From a virus, in the IMG/VR virus record IMGVR_UViG_3300030104_002385, positions 28,750 through 92,749 of that record: a DNA stretch of 64,000 nucleotides; one strand, 5' to 3'. Below are positions 47,349-56,473 of this stretch, piece by piece (position 1 is the first letter of the stretch; the number at the start of each line of letters is the position of its first letter). The notes below the pieces were generated by a model that worked only from the letters and a program-made list of their open reading frames with translations, was not told where the DNA came from and made no database searches. The position numbers were made by a program, and so were the translations under genes.

Positions 47349-49066
47349 TTACATTTGAAACTCTTAAGTGGAAAAACTTTCTTTCCACTGGTGATCAATG
47401 GATTGAAATTGATTTAACAAATTCCAAATCAACTTTAGTTGTAGGATCAAACGGTGCAGGGAAGTCTACTATGCTAGATGCTCTGTGCTTTGCTTTATTC
47501 AATAAACCTTTTCGTAAGATTACTAGATCACAGATGGTCAATAGTATCAATGAGAAGGGTACAAAAGTAGAAGTTACATTCTCTATTGGTAAGGATGAGT
47601 ATCGTGTCTTTAGAGGAATTAAACCCAATACTTTTGAAGTATATAAAAATAACAAATTAGTAGATCAAGATGCAGCAGCACGTGACACCCAAAAGTACCT
47701 CGAACAAACAGTCCTCAAACTCAACTTCAAGAGTTTTACCCAAGTCGTCATTCTTGGTTCATCCACATTTGTCCCATTCATGCAACTCGGAGCAAGTATC
47801 AGGAGAGAAGTTATCGAAGATCTATTGGACATCCAGATCTTCTCAGACATGAATACACTCCTTAAGGAGAGAATTCGTGCTTCAAATAAATCAAATCAAG
47901 ACTGTATTTATATGATGGATCGTGCAGAAGAACGTGTTTCTTCTCAGGAAAAATTAATAAATTCTTTAAAAGAAGTTAATAAAACAAGAAAGAAAGAAAA
48001 AAATGATAAAACTATATCAAATGAAAGTAAAATAAAAGAAAAAGAGTCAATAAAAGAAACAAAAAAAGACCATCTGCAAGAGGTGGAAATCTTATGTGAG
48101 GGAATGAATACACATAAACAACTACTACAATCTTTACGTGGAGATGAAAGGGAATCAAATACAGAATTAAAACGTCTTAAGAAAGAAGCAAAGTTTTTTG
48201 AAACTAATGATCAGTGTCCTACCTGTACTCAGGAGATTGGTAAGGACTTTAAGAAAAGTCGAATGTCAAGTTTAAGTAAACAAGGAGTTAAATTAACTAA
48301 GACAGTTACTAAATATAAAGAAAATATTAAAGAAGCAGTAGATAAATTAACTGAATACGAAACATTTTCTTTAGAATTGTATGAATTGCGTAGTGAAATC
48401 TCTTCTATTGAAAGAGAAATTATTCGTATAGAGAAAGAAAATCTTCAAATAGAAAAAGAACTTAACGAGTTGGATGTCAATACTCCTAACATAGATAAGG
48501 AAAAGAAACTACTTAAAGAGTTATCTGAACAATTATCACAAACTCAATCTAGTTGTGCAGAAGTTAAAAAAACTTTAGATGAGTATCAAATAGTTGGTAA
48601 TTTGTTAAAGGACTCTGGCATTAAGAAGCAAATCATTAAGAAGTATATACCAGTTTTTAATAATTTAATCAATAAGTACTTACATAGTATGGATACTTTT
48701 TTTAACTTCACATTAGATGAGGAGTTTAATGAAGTAATCAAGAGTAGATTTAGGGATGAGTTTAGTTATTCTTCTTTCTCCGAAGGTGAGAAACAGAAGA
48801 TTGACTTAGCTCTTCTTTTTACATGGAGAGAAGTAGCAAGGATGAAGAACTCTGCTGCTACTAATCTTCTTATACTTGATGAGGTATTTGATAGTTCTCT
48901 AGATGCATCTGCAACAGGAGAGTTACTTTCTATACTTTTAAAGTTAGGTGAAGGAACTAATCTATTTGTTATATCACATAAGGGTGACTTACTTATGGAC
49001 AAGTTTAAGCGTTGTCTTAGATTTGAAAAGGTCAATGATTTTTCAAAATTACTAGAGGAAGAATGA
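47345..49066 (+). CDS. gp46: Recombination endonuclease subunit gp46 (Rad50/SbcC-like)
   Basis: 'GSNGAGKST', zinc hook 'CPTC', 'FSEGEK', 'LILDEVFD', 'ISHK'. Confidence 0.96.
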   Translation: MITFETLKWKNFLSTGDQWIEIDLTNSKSTLVVGSNGAGKSTMLDALCFALFNKPFRKITRSQMVNSINEKGTKVEVTFSIGKDEYRVFRGIKPNTFEVYKNNKLVDQDAAARDTQKYLEQTVLKLNFKSFTQVVILGSSTFVPFMQLGASIRREVIEDLLDIQIFSDMNTLLKERIRASNKSNQDCIYMMDRAEERVSSQEKLINSLKEVNKTRKKEKNDKTISNESKIKEKESIKETKKDHLQEVEILCEGMNTHKQLLQSLRGDERESNTELKRLKKEAKFFETNDQCPTCTQEIGKDFKKSRMSSLSKQGVKLTKTVTKYKENIKEAVDKLTEYETFSLELYELRSEISSIEREIIRIEKENLQIEKELNELDVNTPNIDKEKKLLKELSEQLSQTQSSCAEVKKTLDEYQIVGNLLKDSGIKKQIIKKYIPVFNNLINKYLHSMDTFFNFTLDEEFNEVIKSRFRDEFSYSSFSEGEKQKIDLALLFTWREVARMKNSAATNLLILDEVFDSSLDASATGELLSILLKLGEGTNLFVISHKGDLLMDKFKRCLRFEKVNDFSKLLEEE

Positions 49067-49263
49067 AACATTTACTACTCCTTACACCCCTTCTCTTAAT
49101 GGGGTGTGGAATCGGAATGAATAATGGAGGTGGAGGATCTTTTGGATCTGGGTTCAATCCCACATTTCCTGGTGTAGCAGATGAATACACTTGCGAGTCA
49201 GCAGGTGAAAATGCTGCTGCTTACTATGCCACAGGAGAACACCCTAACCTATCAGACTGTTAA
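49063..49263 (+). CDS. Small predicted lipoprotein
   Basis: MKH + hydrophobic core + lipobox-like LMGC, then a Gly-rich linker. Confidence 0.6.
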   Translation: MKHLLLLTPLLLMGCGIGMNNGGGGSFGSGFNPTFPGVADEYTCESAGENAAAYYATGEHPNLSDC

Positions 49264-49407
49264 ATGAAATCACTATTCAAAATCTTTAGTACAAAATGGT
49301 TTAGATCTGCACCAGTTGTAGCAACTATATGGTTGACTATTACAGCAGTTATTCTTATTATGTTTAACTACTTCTTCCCTGATCTTTTATTCCATCCTAT
49401 GTCATGA
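49264..49407 (+). CDS. psaJ: Photosystem I subunit IX PsaJ (47 aa; not in ORF track)
   Basis: [47 protein letters not shown] matches PsaJ 'APV.A.IW...[16 protein letters not shown]'; abuts the upstream stop and overlaps purS (ATGA). Confidence 0.88.
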   Translation: MKSLFKIFSTKWFRSAPVVATIWLTITAVILIMFNYFFPDLLFHPMS

Positions 49408-49724
49408 GATTTAAAGCAACTGTGAATGTGAAGTTGAGAGGGTCTGTATCAGATGCTGCTGGTAATGCCGTGATGAATAATGTCAAAAGAGTTGCTCCTT
49501 CTCTTGAACCTCATCTATTGAGAATTGGTAAGTGTATTGATTTTTGGTTTGACGCACCAGACTATGAAACAGCAGATAAGGAAATGTATCTTCTTAGTGA
49601 TCAGATGTTAGCAAACACTGTGATAGAAGATTGGGAATATGAATTTCATGAAACCGAAGAGACTGGCATTGGAAATATATCGAATGATAATGCTGGTACA
49701 TCAAAACACCATTTATTTAAATGA
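49404..49724 (+). CDS. purS: FGAM synthase subunit PurS
   Basis: 'F.A.V.V.LR.SVSD.AG.AV', 'LRIGK.I', 'LAN.VIEDW'. Confidence 0.85.
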   Translation: MRFKATVNVKLRGSVSDAAGNAVMNNVKRVAPSLEPHLLRIGKCIDFWFDAPDYETADKEMYLLSDQMLANTVIEDWEYEFHETEETGIGNISNDNAGTSKHHLFK

Positions 49725-49969
49725 TTAACCTATGGAGGATATGGAAGTATGCACTGGGTTCATTCTCTGATGCAAAAACTAAACGCTACGACAATCACAT
49801 TGTTCTGGTACGTTCTGTTATTTTCATATCTTATCTCGTCACTAACTGTTTTATTACTGCAGGGGTCATAAGACACTGGGGTGACGGTCATGAAAGTGGC
49901 ACACCAATCCCTGCAAACCTCTCTGTTAATGCTATGATGTATACATCAGAGGAAAACAATGACAGTTAA
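49721..49969 (+). CDS. Small membrane hypothetical protein
   Basis: 'WRIWKYALGSFSD.KT..YDN....VR........TNCFI.AGVIRHW'. Confidence 0.65.
   Translation: MINLWRIWKYALGSFSDAKTKRYDNHIVLVRSVIFISYLVTNCFITAGVIRHWGDGHESGTPIPANLSVNAMMYTSEENNDS
49881..49939 (+). promoter_or_regulatory. Palindromic motif plus sigma70-like -10 (putative early promoter)
   Basis: GTGACGGTCATGAAAGTGGCAC ... CTGCAA ... TGCTATGAT upstream of ORF 49959. Confidence 0.55.
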
Positions 49970-52106
49970 CACCGAAGTAAAAGGCACTCTTGCTAAACTA
50001 TTAGCTACAGAAAATCTTACTGTAGAACATCGTAATGTTCAGACTGCTTCGTTTGATGTTAATAATCGTGTATTGACACTACCTATTTGGAAAGATGCAT
50101 CTGGTACAATCTATGACCTTCTAGTAGGACATGAAGTTGGACATGCTCTATACACACCCAATATTCCAATTGATGCTCCTAAAGGGTTTGTAAACGTCAT
50201 AGAGGATGCTCGTATTGAGCGTATGATGAAAGAGACTTATCCTGGTCTTAAGAGATCATTCTATCAAGGGTATAGAGAACTATGGCATAAAGATTTCTTT
50301 GGAGTTAGAGATGAGAATATATCAGAACTAGCATTTATTGATCGTATTAATTTATTTTTTAAAGGTAATAATGAAATAGAATTTAATGCTGAGGAACAAG
50401 TATGGGTTGATCGTGTAGCAACTACAAAAACATTTGAGGATGTCTTACAACTTTCTAGAGAGTTATATGAGTGGGCAAAGTCACAAGACAAAGCAAATGA
50501 AGAACAGCAACCTATACAGGCAGATATTGATTGGGACAATCCTGCTGCTGGTAATGAGTTAGAGCAAGAGTACCAACCTGAAAATACGGAAGAAGGTGAA
50601 GGTGAAGGTGAAGATAAAACACCTAGTAATCAAAAGTCAATTGAACAGCAACTTGATGAATTAGAAGATGCTATGTATGATGACGATATGATTGGAGGAA
50701 TGGAGGGTGGAGTTAAAGAGACTGAGAGTATTACTGATACAGCATTACAAGAGAGTTTAGAAACTTTAGTTGATGATAAAGCACAAGAGTGGAAATATCT
50801 AGATCTTCCTAAAATAGATCTTAATAAGGTGCTGGTATCACATAAAAAAATACAAGAAGATTTGAATTTTGGAATATATGGATTTACTTCTAGTAATAAG
50901 AATGATCATGATTATCGTAGAGAGAGTATTACTTATGGTGAAGATCATTACAAAACATATAAGAAGGATGCACAACGTAGTGTCAACTATCTTTTAAAAC
51001 AGTTTGAGATGAAGAAATCTGCTGATGAGTATAAGAGAGCAGCAACATCTAAGACTGGTGTTCTTGATACACAATCTCTATACAAGTATAGATTGAGTGA
51101 TGATATCTTTAAAAGAGTTACGGTAATTCCAGAAGGTAAAAATCATGGATTAGTATTCTTCCTTGATTGGTCTGGATCTATGGGTAATTGTTTATTGGAT
51201 ACTCTTAAGCAAACATATAATCTAGTATGGTTCTGTAGGAAAGCACAAATTCCATTTAGAGTTTATGCATTCCAAAATGTTTGGAATAGTAGTGGAGTTC
51301 ATCCAGCAATTACATTGGATGATGATAAAACTACACTTGGATTTGATCCTGGTTTTAGACTTCTAGAATTCTTTTCTTCAAGACAAAACAAAAAGTCTCT
51401 AGAAAAATCTATGGAGTTAGTTTACTTACAAGCATTTGCTATGAGTGGTCATAGGTTCCAGTTTGTACAAGAGTATACTTTGGGAGGCACTCCTCTTGCT
51501 GATGCTGTAATGTGTACACCACAGTTAGTTAATCTAATGAAGAGTGTTGAGAAGGTACAAAAAGTTAATGTAGTTTGCTTAACAGATGGTGAATCAAATC
51601 CATTATCAATAATTCAAGAAAGTGCTGGTTACTATACAAATGAAAGTGAATACTGCACAAGACAGTTGCGTTATGGTGGTATTAAGTATATACTAAGAGA
51701 TAGTAGAACTGGTTACAGTTGTGAAATTTCTCCTAGTCCTTACATGACCACTAAAGAAATTGTTAATTTCTATAGACAGATTACTGATTTCAATTGGATA
51801 GGTATTCGTATCTGTAGTAAGAACGAAATGAAGAGAACTCTTCGTGTTCTAGATTTTGAAGATGCAAATAGAATGGAACATCAGTGGAGTAAAGAAAAGT
51901 TCTCATCAGTTAAAAAACTATTAGGATATACTGAAGCATTCTTTATACCATCTCAGGGTATGGGTGAAGGAACTTCTGACCTTGAAGTTAAACAGAAGGG
52001 TGAAGTAGCAACGAGGGCAGAACTTAGTCGTGCATTTAAAAAGCACATGGGTTCTAAGATGACAAACAAAACTATCTTAAATAAATTTGTGGAGCAAATA
52101 GCATGA
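49959..52106 (+). CDS. Metallopeptidase-like (HExxH) plus VWA domain protein (CobT-like partner)
   Basis: 'HEVGHALYT', 'NVIEDARIE', acidic linker, MIDAS 'LDWSGSM', 'GGTPL', 'LTDGE'. Confidence 0.85.
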   Translation: MTVNTEVKGTLAKLLATENLTVEHRNVQTASFDVNNRVLTLPIWKDASGTIYDLLVGHEVGHALYTPNIPIDAPKGFVNVIEDARIERMMKETYPGLKRSFYQGYRELWHKDFFGVRDENISELAFIDRINLFFKGNNEIEFNAEEQVWVDRVATTKTFEDVLQLSRELYEWAKSQDKANEEQQPIQADIDWDNPAAGNELEQEYQPENTEEGEGEGEDKTPSNQKSIEQQLDELEDAMYDDDMIGGMEGGVKETESITDTALQESLETLVDDKAQEWKYLDLPKIDLNKVLVSHKKIQEDLNFGIYGFTSSNKNDHDYRRESITYGEDHYKTYKKDAQRSVNYLLKQFEMKKSADEYKRAATSKTGVLDTQSLYKYRLSDDIFKRVTVIPEGKNHGLVFFLDWSGSMGNCLLDTLKQTYNLVWFCRKAQIPFRVYAFQNVWNSSGVHPAITLDDDKTTLGFDPGFRLLEFFSSRQNKKSLEKSMELVYLQAFAMSGHRFQFVQEYTLGGTPLADAVMCTPQLVNLMKSVEKVQKVNVVCLTDGESNPLSIIQESAGYYTNESEYCTRQLRYGGIKYILRDSRTGYSCEISPSPYMTTKEIVNFYRQITDFNWIGIRICSKNEMKRTLRVLDFEDANRMEHQWSKEKFSSVKKLLGYTEAFFIPSQGMGEGTSDLEVKQKGEVATRAELSRAFKKHMGSKMTNKTILNKFVEQIA

Positions 52107-52729
52107 GTATTTGGGAAGGATATAGGGAAGCAGTATTTGATACGTTTCCCGATTTAAAATTTGAAAGTAATCACACAACTTGGAAGAATAAAAGAGAAGT
52201 AAATCTTACTGCTGATCTATACTCTGGTAAGTATTTTATTAAATCTAGACACGTTGATATATGGGATGGCACTATTGATATCCATAACAATATAATATAC
52301 CCTAAGACTGGACATAATCTTCCTTGCTTTGGTATGGATTTGATGGGGTTTAATAAAAAGAAAGTTATAATAGTATTTGACTTCCAACATCCAGTAGAAA
52401 ATTATCTATTGAAAGTCCCACCACTACCTCAGACAACAGAGACCTATCGTTTCTTTGAGAAGGGTAATCACTTCTCTGATAATATCTTTGTAAGGTATTG
52501 TGAGATGGATGGAGTTGATACATTCTTACCAACATTCAAATACTATCTGTCACTCTATAAGGAGATGATAGATAAAGCAAAACCTACTGGTACTGATACT
52601 AGTTTGTATAAAGATTTTGATAGTTATATGGTAAGACTAGATCCCATATCAAGTTATCTTTCCCATCAGTTTGGTAAAGATGAATCAGAAAAATTAATCA
52701 AGGAGTTCTTTTTTAGTTATGCAGAATGA
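52103..52729 (+). CDS. pebS: Phycoerythrobilin synthase PebS
   Basis: 'IYPKTG.NLPCFGMDLM.F..KKVIIVFDFQHP', 'YRFFE.GNHFS.NIFVRYC', 'LDP' as in cyanophage PebS. Confidence 0.92.
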   Translation: MSIWEGYREAVFDTFPDLKFESNHTTWKNKREVNLTADLYSGKYFIKSRHVDIWDGTIDIHNNIIYPKTGHNLPCFGMDLMGFNKKKVIIVFDFQHPVENYLLKVPPLPQTTETYRFFEKGNHFSDNIFVRYCEMDGVDTFLPTFKYYLSLYKEMIDKAKPTGTDTSLYKDFDSYMVRLDPISSYLSHQFGKDESEKLIKEFFFSYAE

Positions 52730-53411
52730 TATAGTACAAGACATAGCAGTATTACTTTCATACACTATGCAAGATCTACCTGATGTAGAACCATTAAAGT
52801 GTCCTATAGAAGAGGTTAAGAAAGATGATCTTATTATTAAAAATACAATGTATAAGACTGCTAAACTTAGGAAAGTTCATTTAGAATTAGCAGAACTTAA
52901 AGGGTTAAAAATATTACACTGTGTATTTTTTCCTGACCCAAATTACAATCTTCCTATATTTGGATGTGATATTGTTGCTACTGAGAAAACAGTAACTGCT
53001 GCTATTGTTGACATTTCTCCTATAAAGGGTTATGATAATTGGGATGATATACGAGAGATTAGTAATGAATATAATTTTAAAGGTAAAAGACCATTGCCAC
53101 TGTGGGGTGATGATGTATTCTCACCTTACTGTAAGTTCACACGTTTAAGTGAAGATATAGATACTGCAAATTTTTATTGTCTTGTTATGCAGTACCTTAG
53201 AATATATCTTCTTGAAGTTAATAAATGTGAACGAGATGCTGATTGGGTTAAGACAATGTTGAGGTTTGATGATCAAATCTATTACTGTGATCAACAGAGA
53301 AAGAATGATAAGACACGTGGTATTTTAGAAAAATTATTTGATAAAGACTTTGCAACTAATTACATAGATAATGTATTATTTGATAAACCAATAATGAGGG
53401 TTGCTCTATGA
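52719..53411 (+). CDS. pcyA: Phycocyanobilin:ferredoxin oxidoreductase PcyA
   Basis: 'RKVHLELA', 'ILHCVFFP', 'LPIFGCDIV', 'AAIVDISP', 'LPLWG..VFS', 'YC.QQRKNDKTR'. Confidence 0.9.
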   Translation: MQNDIVQDIAVLLSYTMQDLPDVEPLKCPIEEVKKDDLIIKNTMYKTAKLRKVHLELAELKGLKILHCVFFPDPNYNLPIFGCDIVATEKTVTAAIVDISPIKGYDNWDDIREISNEYNFKGKRPLPLWGDDVFSPYCKFTRLSEDIDTANFYCLVMQYLRIYLLEVNKCERDADWVKTMLRFDDQIYYCDQQRKNDKTRGILEKLFDKDFATNYIDNVLFDKPIMRVAL

Positions 53412-53569
53412 AACCAGTCAAGTGGGAGGCATATATACTATTAGAATCAAATAGATTGCAGAAGGTTGAGTTTCTATGTCCATCTAACTTAAGACAAGAT
53501 GCTGAACAAAAATGCAAAGCAATATTTGGAACAACTGACATTAGACAATTAAAAAGAATTTGGGAATGA
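53408..53569 (+). CDS. Small hypothetical protein (53 aa; not in ORF track)
   Basis: MKPVKWEAYILLESNRL...RIWE*; ATGA overlaps at both ends. Confidence 0.6.
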   Translation: MKPVKWEAYILLESNRLQKVEFLCPSNLRQDAEQKCKAIFGTTDIRQLKRIWE

Positions 53570-54174
53570 AGTATTTTACCGTTGATGCTCCTTGCGTTAT
53601 TAAACCATTTTTAGCACATGATGCATATAAGACATTTGTACTTACTGCAATAAATGATGATCCTATGAGGAAAGAAATTTCTGCAGAAGGTATGAAAATC
53701 TGGACAGATTATAGACCTGAAGTTGCAGAGTATACTCCACCTTATTGGGAACCAATTAAAGATGATATGATGGATCATATGCAAAAAGTTCTTGTAGATG
53801 ATCTTAGGTACAATAGGATGGAGATGGGAAACATATGGTTCCAACAGTATGAAGAAGGTTTTGAACATAGATGGCATGTACATGATAAGACAATGTTCAC
53901 TTCAGTTTATTACCTCGAACATCCTGAAGGTTCTCCACCTACAGAAATTTTAAATACTTTGAATGGTGATATCTCTAAGGTAGATTGTATACAAGAAGGT
54001 GATATATTAACTTTCCCTAGTTTTATTGTACATCGTGCTCCAACAATAAATGAAAAAGATTGTAGAAAAACAATCATATCATGGCATAATGAGGTTGAGT
54101 TTGATAGGTGGAGACCACGTGATCCAGTTCCAGCAAGGGTGATCACTTCTGAGGACAGTTTACAAACTGTCTAA
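53566..54174 (+). CDS. 2OG-Fe(II) oxygenase-like protein
   Basis: 'WFQQY', 'HRWHVH', 'SVYYL', 'EGDILTFPS..VHRAP', 'RKTIISW'. Confidence 0.8.
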   Translation: MKYFTVDAPCVIKPFLAHDAYKTFVLTAINDDPMRKEISAEGMKIWTDYRPEVAEYTPPYWEPIKDDMMDHMQKVLVDDLRYNRMEMGNIWFQQYEEGFEHRWHVHDKTMFTSVYYLEHPEGSPPTEILNTLNGDISKVDCIQEGDILTFPSFIVHRAPTINEKDCRKTIISWHNEVEFDRWRPRDPVPARVITSEDSLQTV

Positions 54175-54208
54175 AGATTGGTTGCAAGATCCATTTTGAT
54201 GCTATAAT
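54153..54208 (+). promoter_or_regulatory. Palindromic motif plus sigma70-like promoter (putative early promoter)
   Basis: GACAGTTT-AC-AAACTGTC inverted repeat, then TTGCAA ... TGCTATAAT upstream of the cobS-like gene. Confidence 0.65.
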
Positions 54209-54231
54209 TAGTACATAATCAAAAGAGATCC

Positions 54232-55305
54232 ATGCCAATCAAGTCTGAAGTTACTGCTCAAGAAATCATTTCTTATTTAAAGGATAAGCATGCTCCTAGC
54301 AATGAAGTTGATACTATTGCATTAAGAGCTGCTGGAAACAAATTTAAGATTTCTTATCCTACTGTTCTTAAACGTCTTAAGAAATTTAAGAAGGGTAGAG
54401 GCACTTGGGACTTGACTGCATTGGATATTGAAAAATCATATAAAGCACCTGCTGCTGAACCCGTCACACAAAAAGTTTCTTATGTTCCAGAAAGTGATCC
54501 GAACTATGTACCCTTCGGGAATGCCCCGTCTCTCAAGAAGGTTATTAATTCTGGACAGTTTTACCCTGTGTTTATTACTGGTCTTAGTGGTAATGGTAAG
54601 ACATTGGGGGTAGAGCAAACATGTGCATCTCTAAATAGAGAATTGATACGTGTTAACATTACAATAGAAACAGATGAAGATGATCTTATCGGGGGTTTCC
54701 GTCTTGTCAATGGTGACACCGTTTGGCACAACGGACCAGTTGTTGAAGCTCTCGACAGAGGGGCTGTCTTGCTCCTTGACGAAATCGACCTTGCCTCAAA
54801 CAAGATACTCTGTCTCCAGTCCGTCCTTGAAGGTAAAGGAATTTTCCTTAAAAAGACTGGAAGATACGTCAAACCAGCAGCAGGGTTCACAGTTATTGCC
54901 ACCGCAAATACTAAAGGTAAAGGTTCAGACGACGGAAGATTTGTTGGAACTAACGTGCTCAACGAAGCCTTCCTTGAAAGGTTCCCAATAACCTTTGAGC
55001 AAGAGTATCCATCACCTGTTATTGAACAAAAGATACTAAAGAATGTTGGATGTGAATTGACATTTGCTGAAAATCTGGTAAAATGGGCAGGAGTGATACG
55101 TAAAACATTCTTCGATGGAGGAGTGGATGAAGTAATCACAACACGTCGTCTAGTACACATTGCACAAGCATACACCATCTTTGGTGATCGTTTACAAGCA
55201 ATAACAAACTGTGTAAATAGATTTGATGATGATACTAAGCAATCATTCTTAGATCTTTATACTAAGGTTGACGCTGGTGAAGACACTACCGAGGAGAATT
55301 ATTAA
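54232..55305 (+). CDS. cobS: CobS-like MoxR AAA+ ATPase
   Basis: 'GLSGNGKT', 'TDEDDLIGG', 'LLLDEID', 'TANTKG.G', 'NEAFLERF', 'TRRL'. Confidence 0.9.
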   Translation: MPIKSEVTAQEIISYLKDKHAPSNEVDTIALRAAGNKFKISYPTVLKRLKKFKKGRGTWDLTALDIEKSYKAPAAEPVTQKVSYVPESDPNYVPFGNAPSLKKVINSGQFYPVFITGLSGNGKTLGVEQTCASLNRELIRVNITIETDEDDLIGGFRLVNGDTVWHNGPVVEALDRGAVLLLDEIDLASNKILCLQSVLEGKGIFLKKTGRYVKPAAGFTVIATANTKGKGSDDGRFVGTNVLNEAFLERFPITFEQEYPSPVIEQKILKNVGCELTFAENLVKWAGVIRKTFFDGGVDEVITTRRLVHIAQAYTIFGDRLQAITNCVNRFDDDTKQSFLDLYTKVDAGEDTTEENY

Positions 55306-55508
55306 TGCATGGAGAATTAGAACCAGAGGAGCATGTGTGGGGGGAGGATCCCGACCCCCGACATGTAAATGATCTCTGGGAGGACATGGACCGCCTTAAT
55401 GCTTTGTATGAAGAAATGATGTGGCCACATGATGACGTATTAGAATTTGTACCCGATCATGCAAATGATCAAATTATTATTAAAAACAAATCTAGACAAG
55501 GTTTATGA
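55305..55508 (+). CDS. Hypothetical protein
   Basis: Coupled ORF (TAATG, ATGA); 'NDLWEDMDRLNALYEEMMW'. Confidence 0.65.
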   Translation: MHGELEPEEHVWGEDPDPRHVNDLWEDMDRLNALYEEMMWPHDDVLEFVPDHANDQIIIKNKSRQGL

Positions 55509-55813
55509 AGTACAATGAAAATGAGATCTTGAAAGAGGTCTCTGATTATATTAGTGGAACTTACAGAGGTCACTACTCCTCAAACAATGTTCAGACACTT
55601 GACTTGATTGATGCATGTGGTGACGCAGAGGCATTCTGTAGGTCTAACATATTGAAGTATGCCTCAAGGTATGATAGAAAGGGTACAGCACGTAAGGATA
55701 TCATTAAGATTATCCACTATGCTGTGTTACTTTGTCACTTCAATGACAAAACAGCAGCATCGTATGCTACCCAGACTGGAGCTACCCCCTTTTCCGTAGA
55801 TTATGACAAGTAA
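55505..55813 (+). CDS. DUF3310-like protein
   Basis: 'HY....QTLDLI', 'FCRSNILKYASRY.RKG...DI.K..HY'. Confidence 0.7.
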   Translation: MKYNENEILKEVSDYISGTYRGHYSSNNVQTLDLIDACGDAEAFCRSNILKYASRYDRKGTARKDIIKIIHYAVLLCHFNDKTAASYATQTGATPFSVDYDK

Positions 55814-56473
55814 ATGACTGTATTATCCAAACCAACAATTGAAGTCCTTAAGAACTTTTGTTCTATTAACAAGTCTCTTGTTATTAAACCAGGCAACAAG
55901 TTGAGTACCTTAAGCATCAATAAGAACATTCTTGTTTATGCTGATGTTGATGAAGAATTTGATTCTCAACTGTCCATATATGATCTTGGTGTATTCCTTG
56001 GTGGTCTATCTCTATTTGAGCAACCATCTATTGACACATCAAAAGATAATTATGTCACTGTAAGTGACACTAAGGGTAGATCTAAGACTAGGTTCTTTTA
56101 TGCTGACCCTGATATTATTACACAACCACCAGATAAAGAAATCGATCTTCCATCTGAGGATGTTAACTTTGCTTTAGATGCTACAACTTTACAACAACTA
56201 CAACGTGCTGCTTCAGTATATCAATTACCTGATCTATGTTTATATGGTGACGGCACTGAGATGAGTTTACGTGTAACTGATAAGAAGAATGATACTTCTA
56301 ATAGTTACTCTGTTAAGGTAGGTGATACACAGGATACATTCTGTTATTGTTTCAAAGTTGAGAACTTGAAGTTGCTTCTTGCTGATTATGATGTTACAAT
56401 AAGTAAGTCTAACGTTGCTCTCTTTCAAGCAGAGGGTATCAAATACTTTATAGCACTCGAACCAAACACATGA
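55814..56473 (+). CDS. gp45: Sliding clamp gp45
   Basis: 'LKNF.SINKS', 'IYDL..FL', 'FKVENLK', 'YFIALE'. Confidence 0.92.
   Translation: MTVLSKPTIEVLKNFCSINKSLVIKPGNKLSTLSINKNILVYADVDEEFDSQLSIYDLGVFLGGLSLFEQPSIDTSKDNYVTVSDTKGRSKTRFFYADPDIITQPPDKEIDLPSEDVNFALDATTLQQLQRAASVYQLPDLCLYGDGTEMSLRVTDKKNDTSNSYSVKVGDTQDTFCYCFKVENLKLLLADYDVTISKSNVALFQAEGIKYFIALEPNT

Noticed and set aside
54232-55305. Cobalamin biosynthesis role for the cobS-like gene
   Set aside because: No cobN or other cob genes are present; only the generic MoxR AAA+ assignment is supported.
55332-55365. GC-rich imperfect hairpin just after the cobS-like gene
   Set aside because: It lies within a coding sequence, has no U tract and pairs imperfectly; not supportable as a terminator.
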